Positions 38,538 to 53,088 of a stretch of 64,000 nucleotides of DNA are shown here, one piece after another. The notes under the pieces are model-generated. The model worked only from the letters and a program-made list of their open reading frames with translations, was not told the origin of the DNA and made no database searches. How positions within the stretch are numbered: the first letter of the stretch is position 1; each line of letters begins with the position of its first letter. Source of the DNA: Pristiophorus japonicus (taxonomy: Eukaryota); the NCBI RefSeq assembly GCF_044704955.1, contig NC_091991.1:69936001-70000000 (forward strand), in the 5' to 3' direction. A program made the translations under genes and the position numbers.

Positions 38538-38879
38538 GACTGTCACTGTTCATCAAGCTTCTGCCATGGTCTAAAAAAAACACTGCAATCACCAAACACA
38601 CGACTTGATAAAAACACAAGAAAGCTGCCTACCCTCCATCTGTTATTAGATAGAGTAACACAGGCTGGAACGTTCTGACTTAAGTCATATCAACATGACT
38701 AATGTTTGGTGCAATTGTGATGAAAATGACACACAGCTATTCTCCTTCAGCAAAATGTACGAAAAACCCCTTCAGGATAATCATTTTGCCAATGTGTAGC
38801 ACTTTTTTTTGTCAATTCTAATTTATCTGCGGCTCCAAAGATCTACACTGGTATCTGAAGAAATTAACTCCCTTTTGTT

Positions 38880-39400
38880 GGGCACACCCTCGGTATATTC
38901 ACTGATCTGCCAGGAAGCAGACCCTGGGGAAACGAGGTGGAACTCTGCATTATGGCTTTTTCCATCCAACCCTCCAGCTTGCTGATGATGGACGAGACAG
39001 CCCAAACCATAGCAGCAGTCTGAGCATTCGCAAGTGATATGCAGACGAGGCTTCGGGCCTGTCTCACTGTGGGCTCCTCTGCAGTGGCCCTCTGAAATGG
39101 GCATCTGCTCCACTGTAGACTGTGTTGCCAAGAACCCTTTCTGCACAGATGTAGCTAGTGGACTTTTCCATGTTCTTATCAAGACACTGAGTTTGCTGAA
39201 AGAAGGTGCAGATGATCCTGCACAAACAACAACTTATTTTAGGGTGCAGGCTCCTGAGAGACCCAAATCCCTCGGTACAACTAAGAAAGGAACTGAGCTA
39301 ATCCTCCAGGCAACAGGTCCCTGCTTCTCCTTACCTGTGCACTGTGATCCATCTGCTGCTCCCTGCCCCACCTCAATATCTGCATCCTTTGGGGCGTATA
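38880..39400 (-). mobile_element. Probable isolated remnant of the last exon of a Harbinger Myb gene
   Basis: LSVLIRNMEKS-like segment resembles LRSMSRSMEES and LSAMARSVEES of the other Harbinger Myb genes in this window. Confidence 0.35.
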
Positions 39401-39494
39401 ACTGCTGGTACATACCAAAGTTAGTGAGTTTTTGGCTATATATCTTTAAATGCTACGTACTGTGAGATCCTTATCCCATTGGTGGTGGTGATAT

Positions 39495-40853
39495 CGTTCC
39501 ATTTCAGTGGAGAGTTTGTTGAGTATAAGGTGGAGCACTGCAACGAGGGACATCGAGAAGAGAGCTGGCGCGATGACGCATCCCTGCTTGACCCCGGTTC
39601 GGACGTTGATTAGGTCCGTGGTGGATCTGTTGGTCAGGATCACGGCTTGGATGTCATTGTGGAGCAGGCAGAGGATGGCGTCAAGCTTTTGGGGACGCCA
39701 AAACGGAGGAAGACGCTCCATAGCCTTTCGCGGTTAGCAGCCTTTGTAAGGTCAAAGGCCATGTACAAGGGCTGGTGCTGTCCCTGCATTTCTCTTGCAG
39801 CTGTCGCGCCAAAAAGATCATGTCCGTTGTGCCCCATAGTGGACGGAATCCACACTGTGACTACACACTACAGTATGCGGACGACGCTTGCATCTGCGCA
39901 CATTCAGAGGCTAAACTCGAAGTCATCGTCAACATCTTCACCGAGGCGTACGAAAGCATGGGCCTTACACTAAACATCCATAAGACAAAAGTCCTCCACC
40001 AACCTGACCTCGCCACACAGCACTGCTCCCCAGTTATCAAGATCCACGGCAAGGCCCTGGACAACGTGGACCACTTTCCATACCTCGGGAGCCTATTATC
40101 AGCAAGGGCAGACATCGATGACGACATTCAACACTGCCTCCAGTACACCAGCGCAGCCTTCGGCCGCCCGAGGAACAGAGTGTTCAAAGATCAGGCCCTC
40201 AAATCTGGTACCAAGCTTATGGTCTACAGGGCTTCTGTATGGCTCAGAGACTTGGACCATATACAGCAGATACCTCAAATCACTGGAGAAATACCACCAA
40301 CGATGCCTCCGCAAGATCCTGCAAATCCCCTGGGAGGACAGACGCACCAATGTCAGTGTTCTCAATCAGGCCAACATCCCCAGCATCGAAGCACTGATCA
40401 CACTTGGCCAACTCCGTTGGGCGGGCCACATTGTTCGCATGCCGGACACAAGACTCCCAAAGCAAGCGCTCTACTTGTAACTCCTACACGCGAAGCGAGT
40501 CCCAAGTGGGCAGAGGAAATGTTTCAAGGGCACCCTCAAAGCCTCCTTGATAAAGTGCAACATCCCCACCAGTACCTGGGAATCCCTGGCCAAAGACTGC
40601 TCTACATGGAGGAAGAGCATCTGGGAGGGTGTTGAGCACTTCGAGCTTCGTCGCCGAGAAAACAAGCGCAGGCAGCGGAAGGAGTGTGCTGCAAACCAGA
40701 CTCCCCACCCACCCTTTCCTTCAACCACTGTCTGACCCACCTGCGACAGAGACTGTAATTCCCGAATTGGACTATTCAGTCACCTGAGAACTCACTTTTG
40801 GAGTGGAAACAAGTCTTCCTCGATTTCGAGGGACTGCCTATGATGATGATGAT
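39495..40853 (+). mobile_element. RTE LINE with 5' inversion: 39495-39862 inverted, 39868-40853 forward
   Basis: minus segment encodes ESQCGFRP...FDLTKA...GVKQGCVIAP; plus segment starts LQYADD and ends in (gat)n. Confidence 0.88.
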
Positions 40854-41908
40854 ACTGTCTCCTCCCCACACCACTCGTCCCTGCCATCCCCTCCAATTAA
40901 AAGCAAATTTGGGCCCAATGGCTATTGCAATAAGCTACACAAAATGTACAGGGGCCCAATTCCCCAGATTCCAACTGAGCTGTTACGATTTGAATGCATT
41001 GGGAATTGAGCTGAAACAAGTTAATTCTGACAGAGTGGCTCTCAACTCTTTGTTTCTGCCATGTAAACGGGGATTGTTACGTTACTACTTTAACAATGAC
41101 AAAGAATGTGAATCCCAACACAGTGGTGAAAGAAAGAAAAGATTTCCTCCCCTGTGGTTACATTGTTGAGAAGATAAGCACTTTCTGAAAAGTGACAATT
41201 GCTTTCTGCTAACTCACTACATCCGCCCAAGGGCTATCCGGACAATGCACAACACTCACTACTGTGCTTCCCAGAGTTAAGTCTGGTCCTGTTTTGCTTT
41301 AGTTCTGGAAAACTATACAGTCAACTTCACTTAAGTCAATACCTGATAAATGAAAGCTTCTCTTTAATGAATAGAGGCTGAAATTCCAGATCCTTTTTCT
41401 GTCTACATCTATTACCTGAATTATACTGGCTATAAATTCCTGGTATTTTGATACTTTTCTGACTGGATTAGCACTTAAAAGAACACCTTGTCACTTTCAT
41501 GTATGAAATGTGCAACTTTATTATTTTTACAGTATAGCAAATTGAAAGCAACAACAATTTAGAGAAATATTTCTTTACATTTAAAATATGTACAATATTA
41601 TATAGAAGGATCGTTGTATAAACATTTTGCTCTGAATCACTAACAAGTGAATACTCCTGATATAACTGAATAAAATCGTGTGAGTTACACTTCACCTCAA
41701 CACTAACCTTCTGAGGATCGCACTTGAGACCTTCTCTATGCTGTGTTCAAAAATACGTTCTAAACAAAGATTACACTGTCAATCAGTTTGTTAAAGAGCA
41801 TGTTAAGTGTGCTAATGAAATGTTGGAATGTGTATTCCTTTTATCCAGCCTCCTGTAACTATTTCAAGAACTTATATACTGTACACAAACACTCTAATTG
41901 GTTACCAT

Positions 41909-42109
41909 GGGGCCGAATTTCAGGCGATGCGCTACAGACAGGACCCATCCGCAGCTGCACAGACTGAGGGACCGCAGATATGTGGCCCACGACTTTCTGG
42001 CTGTTAAAATGAATGGAAAGAACATTGGCGGCGGTGTGCTTGCAATTTCCCAACATGTACCACCGCCAGCTGAGTCTCCCCTTTTGCAGCACACATCCAA
42101 AAATAGGCC
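41909..42109. mobile_element. Small Harbinger-type MITE
   Basis: ggggccgaattt start and aaaaataggcct end. Confidence 0.4.
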
Positions 42110-42184
42110 TGAATATTTACACCACTGAACCAAACTAAATATTACACACAAGGAACAACTACTTTTTCCAATATATTTTTTCAA

Positions 42185-43470
42185 GGTTTGTGAGCTTCGC
42201 TGACAGGGTTCTCATTTATTGCCCAACTCTCGCCCTGAGAAGGTTGCGGTTGGCATTTTTGAACAACTACGGTCTGTGCTCTGATTGGTGTTGCCATGAT
42301 AGTGTTCAGTATTCCAGGATTTTGGCTTAGAGAGGATGATGATGGTGATATACATAGAGTCAGGATAGTTTGTGACCTGGAGAGGAATTTGGAAGTGAAG
42401 GTATTCCCATGACATTGCTGCTCTTGCGCTTCTCTATGGTAAATGTTGCAGCATTGGGGGTGCTCTTGAACTAAGTGTGGTGAGTTGCCACAGGTGCATC
42501 CTGTAGGTAGTACACACTGCAGCCACAGTGCACTGACGGTGAAGAGAACTGCTTTGTCTTGGATGGTGTTGTGCTTCTTCAGCATTGTGGCTGCACCTAT
42601 CCAGGTCAGTGGTGAGTATTCAATCACATATATCCTGACTTGTAGGTGTTGGAGAGGCTTTGAGGGGTAAGGAGGTAGCCAGCCACTCATTGCAGAAAGC
42701 CTAGTGGCTGCTCTGGGGCTGTGATGATAGGCCTCTGACAACCACAACCATCTTCCTTTGCATCAAGTATGATTCTAGCTACTGGAAAGTTTGCCATTTG
42801 ATCACCATTGACCTCCGTTTCATCAGCACTTATTGATTCCATACTCGGTCGAATGCTGCCTTGGTATGGAGGGAAGTTACTCTCACCTCTCCTTTGGTAT
42901 TCAGGTCTTGTTCCATGTCTGGGTCAAGACCATGATGAAATCTGGAGCTGCGTGGACTGTGGTGGAACTCAAACTGTGTTTTGATGAGGTCGGTGACTAA
43001 ATGGCATTATTGATGACTCCTCCATCATTTTACTGAGGATTGGGAGGAGGCTAATTGGTAGGTAATTTGGTGGGTTAGATTTATCTTCTTTTATGTCAAC
43101 AGGAAAGATGCCAGTGTTATAGCTGCACTGGATAGCTTGGTTAGGGGAGTGGCTAGCTCTGGCGCACAGGCCTTCAGCACTACAGTTGGAATGTTGTCAG
43201 GCCCCATACCGTTTGCTGTGTCCAGTCCTCTCAGTCACTTCTCAGCAGTGAACAGAACTATCTGAATGCTATTATCTCTGATGGTGGGGATCTCGCAACG
43301 GGGACGCATGGGATTGTTCACTCAGCAATTTTTTTTACTGAAGCTGCTTGCAGGCACTTGAGCCTTGTGTCTCACACTCGTGCTGAGCTGCACCATAGTT
43401 AAGTATGGGGGATGTTGATGGACTCTCCCTGTTCCTATTAGTTCCCTGGTTGTCCATCATCATTCTTTTT
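42185..43470 (-). mobile_element. Old degenerate non-LTR retrotransposon (CR1/L2 group)
   Basis: EYSPLTWIGAA...KKHNTIQDKA and KAAFDRVW-like remnants; 3' end shared with the SINE at 1225. Confidence 0.65.
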
Positions 43471-45559
43471 CACAAATTGCACAACATATGCTATTCCAAA
43501 GAAAGAAACTATAGAGTAAATGTTTGTTGCCTGCTCCTGACGTTTTGTGTGTTTTAATTCAGCTGCAAAACTGATTCACGTCAACTTTCAATCCATTAAT
43601 TTACCCTTGGGTTCTTAATTTATGCCATTTAAATATAAATTACACACGTATTATAATGCCTTTATACCATCAGTTTTGCATACACACAAAGCAGTTTTGG
43701 ATGCACATCGTTGCACGAATGGATGTCAATGTTACTCGGGAGTCAGGAGGTGATTTAAGTCACAAGACCATGAAATTGGGAGGTGTGAGACCATCTCGAG
43801 TAGAATGTCTCACACCACGTGGGTTTCAAACAGGGGTGTTTGTAACTCCAGCCTGGTGCACAGTCATGTTTTAAACATGCTCAGGTAGCCCGCTGGCTTT
43901 CCTGGAATTTTGTAAACTTTTCTCTCATTACATTAAAACTAATCATCTGGGGAGTACAGCTCTGCGCATCTGTATAAGCAGGGATACACAAAGCAACACT
44001 GCTGCTGGCAAATTAAGAAGGGTCTGCTGGCTGTACATAACACTATACAGGCCGTGACTGGAGTCTGTAGTATAATGGCAATCCATGTTATGCTTTGGGT
44101 ACCATTCAGCCACTTCCCAATGACTTTTGCTGATGTCGCTGAGTATGAAATTATCGTGACACTTTTTAACAGTGTAAAAGCGACATTAATGATTATAGGT
44201 AAGAAAAACAAAATGAAATGTCTATCATTTGAAATACTGCAAGTGGAAACATTGCATTACTTAAAAAAAAATTCCAAGGTGACTGGATTTTTGGGCGACA
44301 AAGATGGTAACACTGGACTGCTGAAGTTGCAGATAAAAGAAATGCCAGACAAAAGCTGCAACATAAGGAATTTATCATTACTATTAACGTGCTTTCAGAA
44401 ATGTGTGAGCAGATTTGCTTGTTACGGGATAAAATAGAATCTCCGAGATTCAGAGAAAGACACACCAGAACCTCCGTTCACCTTCATAGTAACAAGTGCT
44501 AAATGTAATAACGTTAGAAGCTACAGATTACTGAACGATGCCTCAGACCCAGGGGGCACAAACAGAGAGGACAATTTGCTCACTTCTGAAGAATCATTAA
44601 ATATACTAAATGATAAAGCTTCATGAGCCCTCTGAAGCGAGCCTTTTCCTCATTTCAAGAAAGACTTGCATTTATATTGCACCTTTCACAATTTCAGGAT
44701 GTCCATGAAGCGCTTTAGTAAATCCTGCTTATTCTTATCCACCCGAGTGCTATGAATGTGTTCTTACAGAAAACTTGGATTTAACACATATTTCAAATGA
44801 ACTGCATTTGACGAATCAAAATGAGCTATTTTATAGACAAGCAGTTAAAAACTGATCGCTGACATTGTGTGTGATTTAAAAAAAATTTGAGATTATCTTC
44901 CATGTGGTTTAAACTACTGAAAATTGATAACATTTTATATTCACAGGTACACCAAGCACTTCGCTGTTATCCACAATGAGCAAACCAAATTAGAAGACAA
45001 TTGATCTTTTGGGGCCAGTTAAAAAGTCATTTTTTTGAACAAGGTTACAGTCAAAATATGTGTGTTTAATAAGCAGTCATAATGGAGGGGCGGGGGGAAA
45101 CGATGGTGTGGGTGGTGGAAATGTGAAAAATGTCTCCTGTCTCTTACAAAATGGCTATGGTCCCAGGAAGAAGAGGTGAGTGGCACCAAAAATCAACCAG
45201 ACGTCTAGCATCCATGATCAGAGAAGAATAATCCCTAACTTTCTCACATCAACAAATTCATCCACAGAAAATAAGTGTGTGTTACATCCTGCAGCAACCT
45301 ACAGTGCCGGAACGCTTGTCTCCGTGACTAAAGGGTTACAGCAGGTGTAAACACAGGGCATCTGCTGATCAACGATTGTGCCTTAAAACGCCTTTGCTCT
45401 CTTCTCTTTCCCATTCAGTGATGCAGCAGATGCCTTCAAGTGTATAATTTTCAAGTCTGAAACCAATTGGTGAAAATCCTTAATCCTACTCCCGGCAGGA
45501 GATTTTTAAAAGAAGAAGCTGGGCGGGATGAGTCATTTTGTCTCTCAGTAGTTACTCAC

Positions 45560-45696
45560 CAGACAGGAATATGAATCGTTCAGTCTGTGCTCTAATGTTT
45601 TCCTTTGAAGCACTTCGAACAGGGCCGAATGGTCAAACTTGCAGGGATCTGCAGCAATGAACTCATCCATTCCGTGCTTCTGAGCTCGATCTGCAT
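45560..45696 (-). CDS. CADPS2: CADPS2 coding exon: (Y/D)[45 protein letters not shown]
   Basis: 137 nt; acceptor ctacag, donor gtgagt; phase 1 to 0. Confidence 0.94.
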
Positions 45697-45953
45697 CTGT
45701 AGAAGCAAAGGCAAAATGAAATTCAGCATGTGACATGTTTGTTTTAAATTCTGATTCAAATGTTGGCAAGGCATTGATTTAAAAAAAAAATCTTTTCCAA
45801 AGAAGAATCTTCATCTGGAATGCTCAACGCATTTGTTTACTTTATAATGGAGGGATTTTTATTGGTATTTATATCTAAAGGTGAGCAGCACAGGTACACA
45901 TGCACAGCAGTGGTTTATACACTGCTTTATTGCGGCAAGCACACAAAATCTAT

Positions 45954-46712
45954 TGGCCCGGATTTTGCAATACTAACAATGGCGAGGCTGCAGGGCTCAA
46001 CATTATCACAGGGTAAACCTGGCAGCAACTTCTGGCGTCTGCACATGCAGAGTAAAATGTGGCAGTTCAGAAGCTGCTGTCAGTGATATCCTACTCCTCC
46101 ACAGGGTGCGCTGTTACAGACTTTGATGATGGAATCTGCACAGAAATCACTGTAATGGTGTGAACTTCGGATAATTACCCACTAGTCTTGCACTAAAGAC
46201 AATTGAAAAAAAATAGGGCTAGTGCAATCAGCAGTGGGTTTTTAAATGGTATAATGTGATAATGTATTACTGAACAACCTCTCTGGCCCTGAAACATTCA
46301 TTTTACAAGCATGGAGTCTCATTCCCACAAAGAAAATTAATGTTGCAGATTTTATTAAAAATACTAAAATAATTTAGCTTTTTAGTTTTTCTGTTTTTCT
46401 CCCTTAATCCCATTTGTATGTCTTTATTTTGCTTCCTGTAAAATGATTTAAAAGGTAATTTATATTGCCTGTTTTTTATTTCCTGCTTTGCAGTTTGCGT
46501 GTTTCAGTGAGGATTCTTTAATCTGATTGGTTGAAGAGCCTCCCTGCTTCTTTCACTGCTCATGGATGCCACAGATCCCCTGTAGAGGGCACCACACTGG
46601 ATTAGAGACGGGATTAGTAGAAATCTCCGCTAACATGCCCACGAAAAGTCTCTGGGCAACTCTACACGAGGTGAATGACGTAAGCCACACCTTAACCACA
46701 AAATCCAGGCCA
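45954..46712. mobile_element. Harbinger-type MITE about 260 nt upstream of a CADPS2 exon
   Basis: TIR tggcccggattttgc / acaaaatccaggcca; AT-rich centre. Confidence 0.7.
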
Positions 46713-48307
46713 ATATAAATTGGATGGTTGACTCGGATGGAAAAATGCGCCGCTCTGATGTGGAGCCTGTAGAAGCCACTCTCCTTCTGGCACATGGGCT
46801 ATTGAGAGAGTAATTGCTCATGAAGCTTGGACTCCATTAGGCATGAACTACCTATCACATGCAATAGTGATCCTTGTTTATTCTGCCAAATAGCCAGGAG
46901 ATGCTGCAACAATGTGATAATTAATATCATTCCCCACATGCATAGTTGTGGTATTCATGTAGGGTAGAGGGTTTGTGGTTTATTTTACTCTGGGAGTGGT
47001 TTAGGAACTTAATGGCAGCTTGGGATTGGCACTGAAGAATAAAATGGATGCAAATCTCTTGCAGGCACTGACCACCAAAAGTCTTTAACTAACCTGAGTC
47101 TGCTGGAGTAGATGGGGATTAGGTTTGTTATTGAGGTTCACGTAGCAATCTAACAGTTAGCAATTTCATTTGAAAGTAGGAGATATTTTTATTGAAAGTA
47201 CTTCTCCAGACGATATGATTTCTTTTTAATCGCTCTTAACTTCGTAACTTCTCTAAGGTACAAACCCCGTAAAGAATATTTTTCAGAACTGATGATCAGG
47301 CAATAATAAATTCAGGACATCTACTGCCCATTTATTATTAATTTAATTTCCAAAGTAACATATTCTTTTAGTTTGTCTTAGATACTTTGAATTGCCTTTG
47401 GTTTACATTCAGGATTTCCCATCAACGATGTCCCTTTAACCTGCAGCAGCCCATCGTGGCTGTCCCTTCAAAAACTTCCACTGATTTTTGTGCCTTTTGA
47501 AGATACATTTTCGGGCATCCTCAGCCCCTGTGGGTTTATCAAAAAAGCGAATCACAGTAATTGTTCTGATTGGCGTCACCTATTTGTCCACTCTTCAAAT
47601 GCATTTTAGCTGTCAACCAATTCAGAGAGAGGGAAAAAGCATTCCACTGCTGCTTAAAAGGGGGAAGCTATTTCCAAGAAGCTCATCTCTTATTGGGTCT
47701 ATCGTAGCACAAGGCAATTTGCGATCAGCTCTGAATTGATTTTTTTTCTTTCAATGCTGACTTGACTCCTTCTTCCTTTAATTCCAAAGTAGATCAATTT
47801 ATGTTCGTTACTTAAAATAATCCTTACTGTGTTTGTGCAGCATTGGCGAGTTTGGATTCCAAGATAATTGTTTGATGCAAGTGCACTGAACTGCTTGACA
47901 AAAATATTCTTCAGAAAGGGAGACAAAAGCTCCCGATAAACCCAGTAACAGCAAATTTCATGATAAAGCTCAGTATTGATCTGTAGATGTGATGTTAACA
48001 TATTCAGTCACTTTTAGAAATTTGGCCCCAGATCATATTGATCCATGTCAAGTCCAATATTCAGCAATGAGGGAGGATGTGTAATGCAATCTGAAGGATC
48101 CACAGTGTTACATGTTTGAAAGGACTGACAAAATAATCCAACCTACTCAGCTTTGCAGCATCAAAGCAAGAGTCAAATCTATGTGACAGATCTTTCAAAG
48201 GTGGATGTAGCATGTAAAAGCTCCTGATGGCATTAACAGCAGGGCTTAATAGGATTTCAGGTATGGTGATAATTCAGTGAAAACACAAGCAGTGCTAGTT
48301 ATACTCT

Positions 48308-48944
48308 GGGCCTGAAATTGGTGAACTTGGCATCCACTGCCGCTGACATTCCTCTGCAACATCCGCCCAGTGCCACTTTCGACGTGGCCTGGAGCGGACG
48401 GGAGGGGCGAGCCGCCAGGAAGCTCCCGCCGACGTCAGCAGACGGCCGAGTAGTGTAAGTGGACTCACACCCGCCGAGATGCGATATTCATGCGGGCAGG
48501 AGTCGGTGGCAGAACAGGGGTGGACCGCTGGCTGGAGGTTGGTTTGTCCCCGACGGTAAGTAGGAAGATCGTGGAAAAAAGATTAGTGAACATTTTTTCT
48601 TTGTTTTTTCAACAGCGACTTACCTTGATGGAGTCCCCTAAAGGTCTTCCGATAGTTTGTTTATTTTTTGCTAATGGTTTTTATTTTTAGGTCTTTGACC
48701 CTCCGTGGGCCCGACTCCATCCTCGGCGGCACTTGGGCGGTAAGCGTCTCTGCTGCCGAGAATGAGAGCTCCCGCTGGCTGCCGCCCAGATTGGCTGTGT
48801 AAGTCCCTCATTTGCCGCCCGCATACCTTAGAGGGACCTGGGTGATGAAAATCCCGCCCAAAGAACTGTCAGGTACCTCAGTGGCCATCGGTGGTCCTTT
48901 GGGCGGCACTTGGGCGGACGGAGGCCTTCATCAATTTTGGGCCC
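48308..48944. mobile_element. Complete Harbinger-type MITE, 637 bp
   Basis: TIR gggcctgaaattggtgaa / ttcatcaattttgggccc; 3-bp TSD tct at 48305-48307 and 48945-48947. Confidence 0.85.
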
Positions 48945-49711
48945 TCTGTGTCTATCTTAGGACCAGCAGCTTTGATGATTTAAACTAACAAACAAACAAG
49001 GACACACATGAAAGCAAGCGAGTGGCCTGACTCAGACTGTAGTGTGCACAAAATTCTCCTCAGAACATGACTGGTACGCCTGAATGCTAAGTGTCCATTT
49101 GTAATGGATCTTCAAAGAACTGGGAGCTGGGAAGTGGGTGGAAATTTTAATATAATTGTTCCTGGTTAGCCCTCTCCTTAATATAGGGCCACCTTCCTTA
49201 TCACATGTTAATTTTCCAGGCTTCAATGGCCAAATTCTGCAAGGGAATTTAAGTCGCAAAGTGTTGAAAAAGAAAAAGAAAAGAGGCAATGTACAGGCAA
49301 AAGCAGCCCTTCACGCGCTGCTGGTCTCCAACTGCCCAGCCCTGATCCCCACTGCATTCCCAGTGCATCCTGTCCAAGAAAGGCTACAGAATTAGCAGGT
49401 CTTCACAGAGAACCAAAGAACTGTGCAATAAACCCCCACCTTGGAGATTCCACTGGATTATGGATTCATTGTATTTTAGTCATACAACTAAATTCCATTG
49501 GTACGAACTGGGCTCATCTTTACCTTTTGCCCTGACAGAGACATTAGGAGGGATATTAAACTTTGATCAGATGAACCTGATAAGATAGTAACAAGTTCTG
49601 ATCTGATATCTGCATTCATTTGGTTTTAATTCTGAAAATAAACACACCAGTGGTATCAGGGGCACCTACTGCACAGACATTTTTTCTGCTTCTTTCGCTA
49701 CCCCCAATTCT

Positions 49712-50116
49712 TCTAGAGTTTCGAAGAGTGAGAGGTGATCTCATTGAAACATATAAGATTCTGAGGGGGATTGACAGGGTGGATGCTGAGAGGCTGTTTT
49801 CCCTGGCTGGAGAGTCTAGAACTAGGGGGCATGGTCTCGGGATAAGGGGTCGGCCATTTAAGACTGAGGTAAGGAGGAAATTCTTCACTCAGGGGGTTGT
49901 GAATCTTTGGAATTCTCTGCCCCAAAGTGCTGTGGATGCTGAGTCTTTGAGTATATTCAAAGCTGTGATAGATAGATTTTTGGGGAATCAAGGGATATGG
50001 GGATTGGGTGAGAAACTGGAGTTGAGGTCGAAGATCAGCCATGATCTTATTGAATGGTGGAGCAGGCTCGAGGGGCCAAATGGCCTATTCCTGCTCCTAA
50101 TTCTGATGTTTCTGTG
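49712..50116 (+). mobile_element. Short CR1 3' fragment
   Basis: LEFRRVRGDLIE...WNSLPQ and 3' stem-loop. Confidence 0.88.
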
Positions 50117-50879
50117 AGGCATTGCTGTACCAAATAACCAACAATTTAAACTCCAGACTCTGTAATTCTGCTAAAAAAAACAAGTGGGGCCCATGAAAAC
50201 AAACTGGGATGTTACTGTGACTTATCAAATATCCCAGCATTTTACAAAAGGGCTGGGTTTATTAATTTTTTTGTCTGCTTAATTACCAAGGCTCAAGAGA
50301 TTAAATTTGTATTGCGTTACATCTGGTTCACCAGAGCCTCTGCTCTGTTTCCTTTGAGTCTTATATTAATATGTGAATAGCGTAGGTGTAAAATATCAGC
50401 GATTGAACAAAGACGAGAGATAGCAGGCGAAGCAGAGCAACGTGCAAAATCTGTCCAGGAGGCACCTCTAAATATAGGGTTGTGCCAGTGAAAGGGTTAA
50501 GCACATAGTTTTGCAATTCCTACACACACTTAAAATAGCAAGTTAATACCCACCGTTGTCAGCTTTGCAAATGCTAGTCTATTCACTTGCACTATAAACA
50601 TGTCACTTTAACTGCTCAAAGTTAACTGAACAATTGATGAAACTCGATGGGGGAAAACAAAACATCGGATTTTAATCCTCAGCCATGAGGCCACGTCGAG
50701 GGACCATAGAAACGGTGGAAAGTAAAATATACGGAGCTTTAAACTTTCACCTATAATTTGCGGTAATAGACAAAAACCGGCATCAATTAGATGAGGTTGA
50801 TGTATGCTTCTTTAAATAGTGAAACTGCTGATCAAGTGACATCAGACAGTGTTGCCAACACTATTTGACTGGATCCAGA

Positions 50880-51335
50880 TCGTAGAATTTTACAGCACAG
50901 AAGGAGGCCATTTGGCCATCGTGCCTGTGCCGGCTCTTTGAAAGAGCTATCCAATTAGTCCTACTCACCTGCTCTTTCCCTGTCATTTTTGACTTTCCAT
51001 GTATTTATCCAATTCCCTTTTGGAAGTTACGATTGAATCTGCTTCCACCCTCCTTTCAGGCAGTGCATTTCCGATTATAACAACGCACTTCGTAAAAGAA
51101 ATTCTCCTCAGCTGCCCCACGGTTCTTTTGCCAATTATCTTACATCTGTTTCTTACTATATACTCTATTAAAACCCTTCATACTTTTTAACACTTCTATT
51201 AAATCTCCCCTTAACCTGCTCTGCTCGAAGGAGAAAGTGGTGCCATTCTCGTTAATCTCCTCTTCACCCTCTTCATTGCCGTGTCATCCTTCCTGAAGTC
51301 TGCTGCCCACTATTGACAGGATACTCCAGCTAGAG
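50880..51335 (-). mobile_element. Degenerate CR1 3' fragment
   Basis: cagcacagaaggaggccatttggcc tail region and decayed ORF2 end. Confidence 0.65.
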
Positions 51336-51805
51336 GCTCTAGAAAATCAGCCCAACCCAAGAGAGTCATGTATTTCCTCCAGTTAAATCAGTCATGCACG
51401 TCTTTCTTGCAATACTGGAAATGATGGATAAATTCAGAATGCCTTCACCCTGGTGAATCTCTGAATACCCTTCAAAGGCATTTCTGCACAAGAATGGATT
51501 CTAAGACGTGCATCACCCCTCATGGAAACATACTGGCAGTAATCTAGATCCATCAGGCTTCTAAGACACATATGAACTTGTTGGTAAAAAGCCCCCATCA
51601 TTTCAGCGATCCTTCCACTGCCATTTCCCCAGCCCCTTTAGTTCACACTCTTCTTTAAGAAGTTTTGAATTTAATGAGCAAACCTCAGTTGGGAATCTCT
51701 TCATTGACTTCTAACAAACAATTATTGCACACTAGAAGATATACCAGTGCTGGGTCCTTCTCCCCTCATCATGTCAGATCCCTTTATCTGGTGTAGTGAA
51801 TTTTT

Positions 51806-52618
51806 GGGCTCAATTTACCCCAAGTTTTTTGCCACACTTGAAGAGTTATACCCATTTTTTTGGGGCCCAACTACGGCAAAAAAAAATCATCCCAGTTTCC
51901 CCGTTTGAATTGTTGATTTTGGCGCCACCTAGCCGATCCTTTAGCTGTGGGCATGGAGCCTAAGATCTGCATCAAAAAGATCAGGTTGCCAAGGTAACCA
52001 GGGACACACTGCGGGCTGAGGCTGGAAAGTGAAACATACAACACATTCTGGCCAGCTCACAGCAACCTGCACAAACACCTTACACATTGCAGCAACTTAC
52101 CGGCATTAAATTATTAAAGTGTTTATGCCAAAAGTCTATCTCCCCCTCCCGATGCCTGTACCTTCTGCTATCCCTGGCCGAAGGGCCTCCTGGTGCCGGT
52201 ACCTGCTCCTAACTCTGGCCGAAAGGCTTCCCACCCATCCCGATGCCGGTGCCCTCTACTTTCCCTGGCCAAAAGGCCTCTGCCCCCATCTCGCGCACTC
52301 TCTCTCCCCTCTCTGCTGCTGCTGTCAGGCCGTGGAACTGCATCTGCTGCACTGATTTTCTTAACTGCCCAGAAGGTTTTTCCACAGCGGTCAAATACGT
52401 CGTGCTAAGAAAAATTGGAGTAAATCGGAGCTGGCCAAACTTGCTCAAATGGTCAGAATTGGCGCAGGTGACAGGTTACATCCCAAATGAGGTAAAAAAA
52501 AACCTAACCTAAAAAAATCGGAACTAACTGAGTTACACTGGCCCACAATCTTTGGGGAAACTTGGATATTTAAATTTAGGCCTAAAAAACGGCGCAAATA
52601 ACTGGGGAAAATTGAGCC
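51806..52618. mobile_element. Harbinger-type MITE
   Basis: TIR ggctcaatttacccca / tggggaaaattgagcc; internal ccctggccgaagg repeats also occur at 27.67-28.06 kb. Confidence 0.75.
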
Positions 52619-53088
52619 TAATATATCAAGATGCAGCCTGCCTGACGGTTTCATCTCAAATTCACTCATATGCACAATTGTATATTTCCTTTATATTTAA
52701 AGAAATCAAAATAATAAACTTGTGCCTGTCTTCCATTAATATTCCTGTAATGCTCACACCCTCTAGGCATTATTTAATCTGGAATTGGTTACATCTACAA
52801 GAATGAGAAAATATTTCTCCAAATTACACGGAAATGAAAACACTAAACTAAACAAGGCTCTCAAGACGATACGTAAATACTGCCGTCGTTCTTTACGTGA
52901 GTAAATTCACCATCAAGGGGAAACAAGCTTTCTGCATGAGCGAGCTAAAAGCACAAATGTGACAAGGCAGAGGGCCATAGCACGCAGACAGGTGAAGGGG
53001 CAGGTATCTGCCGCATGCAGTGTTTATCAGACAGTGGCAAAGCAAGACGTTAGCACAAGCCTGTAAATGACAGCTCACACAGCCGACT

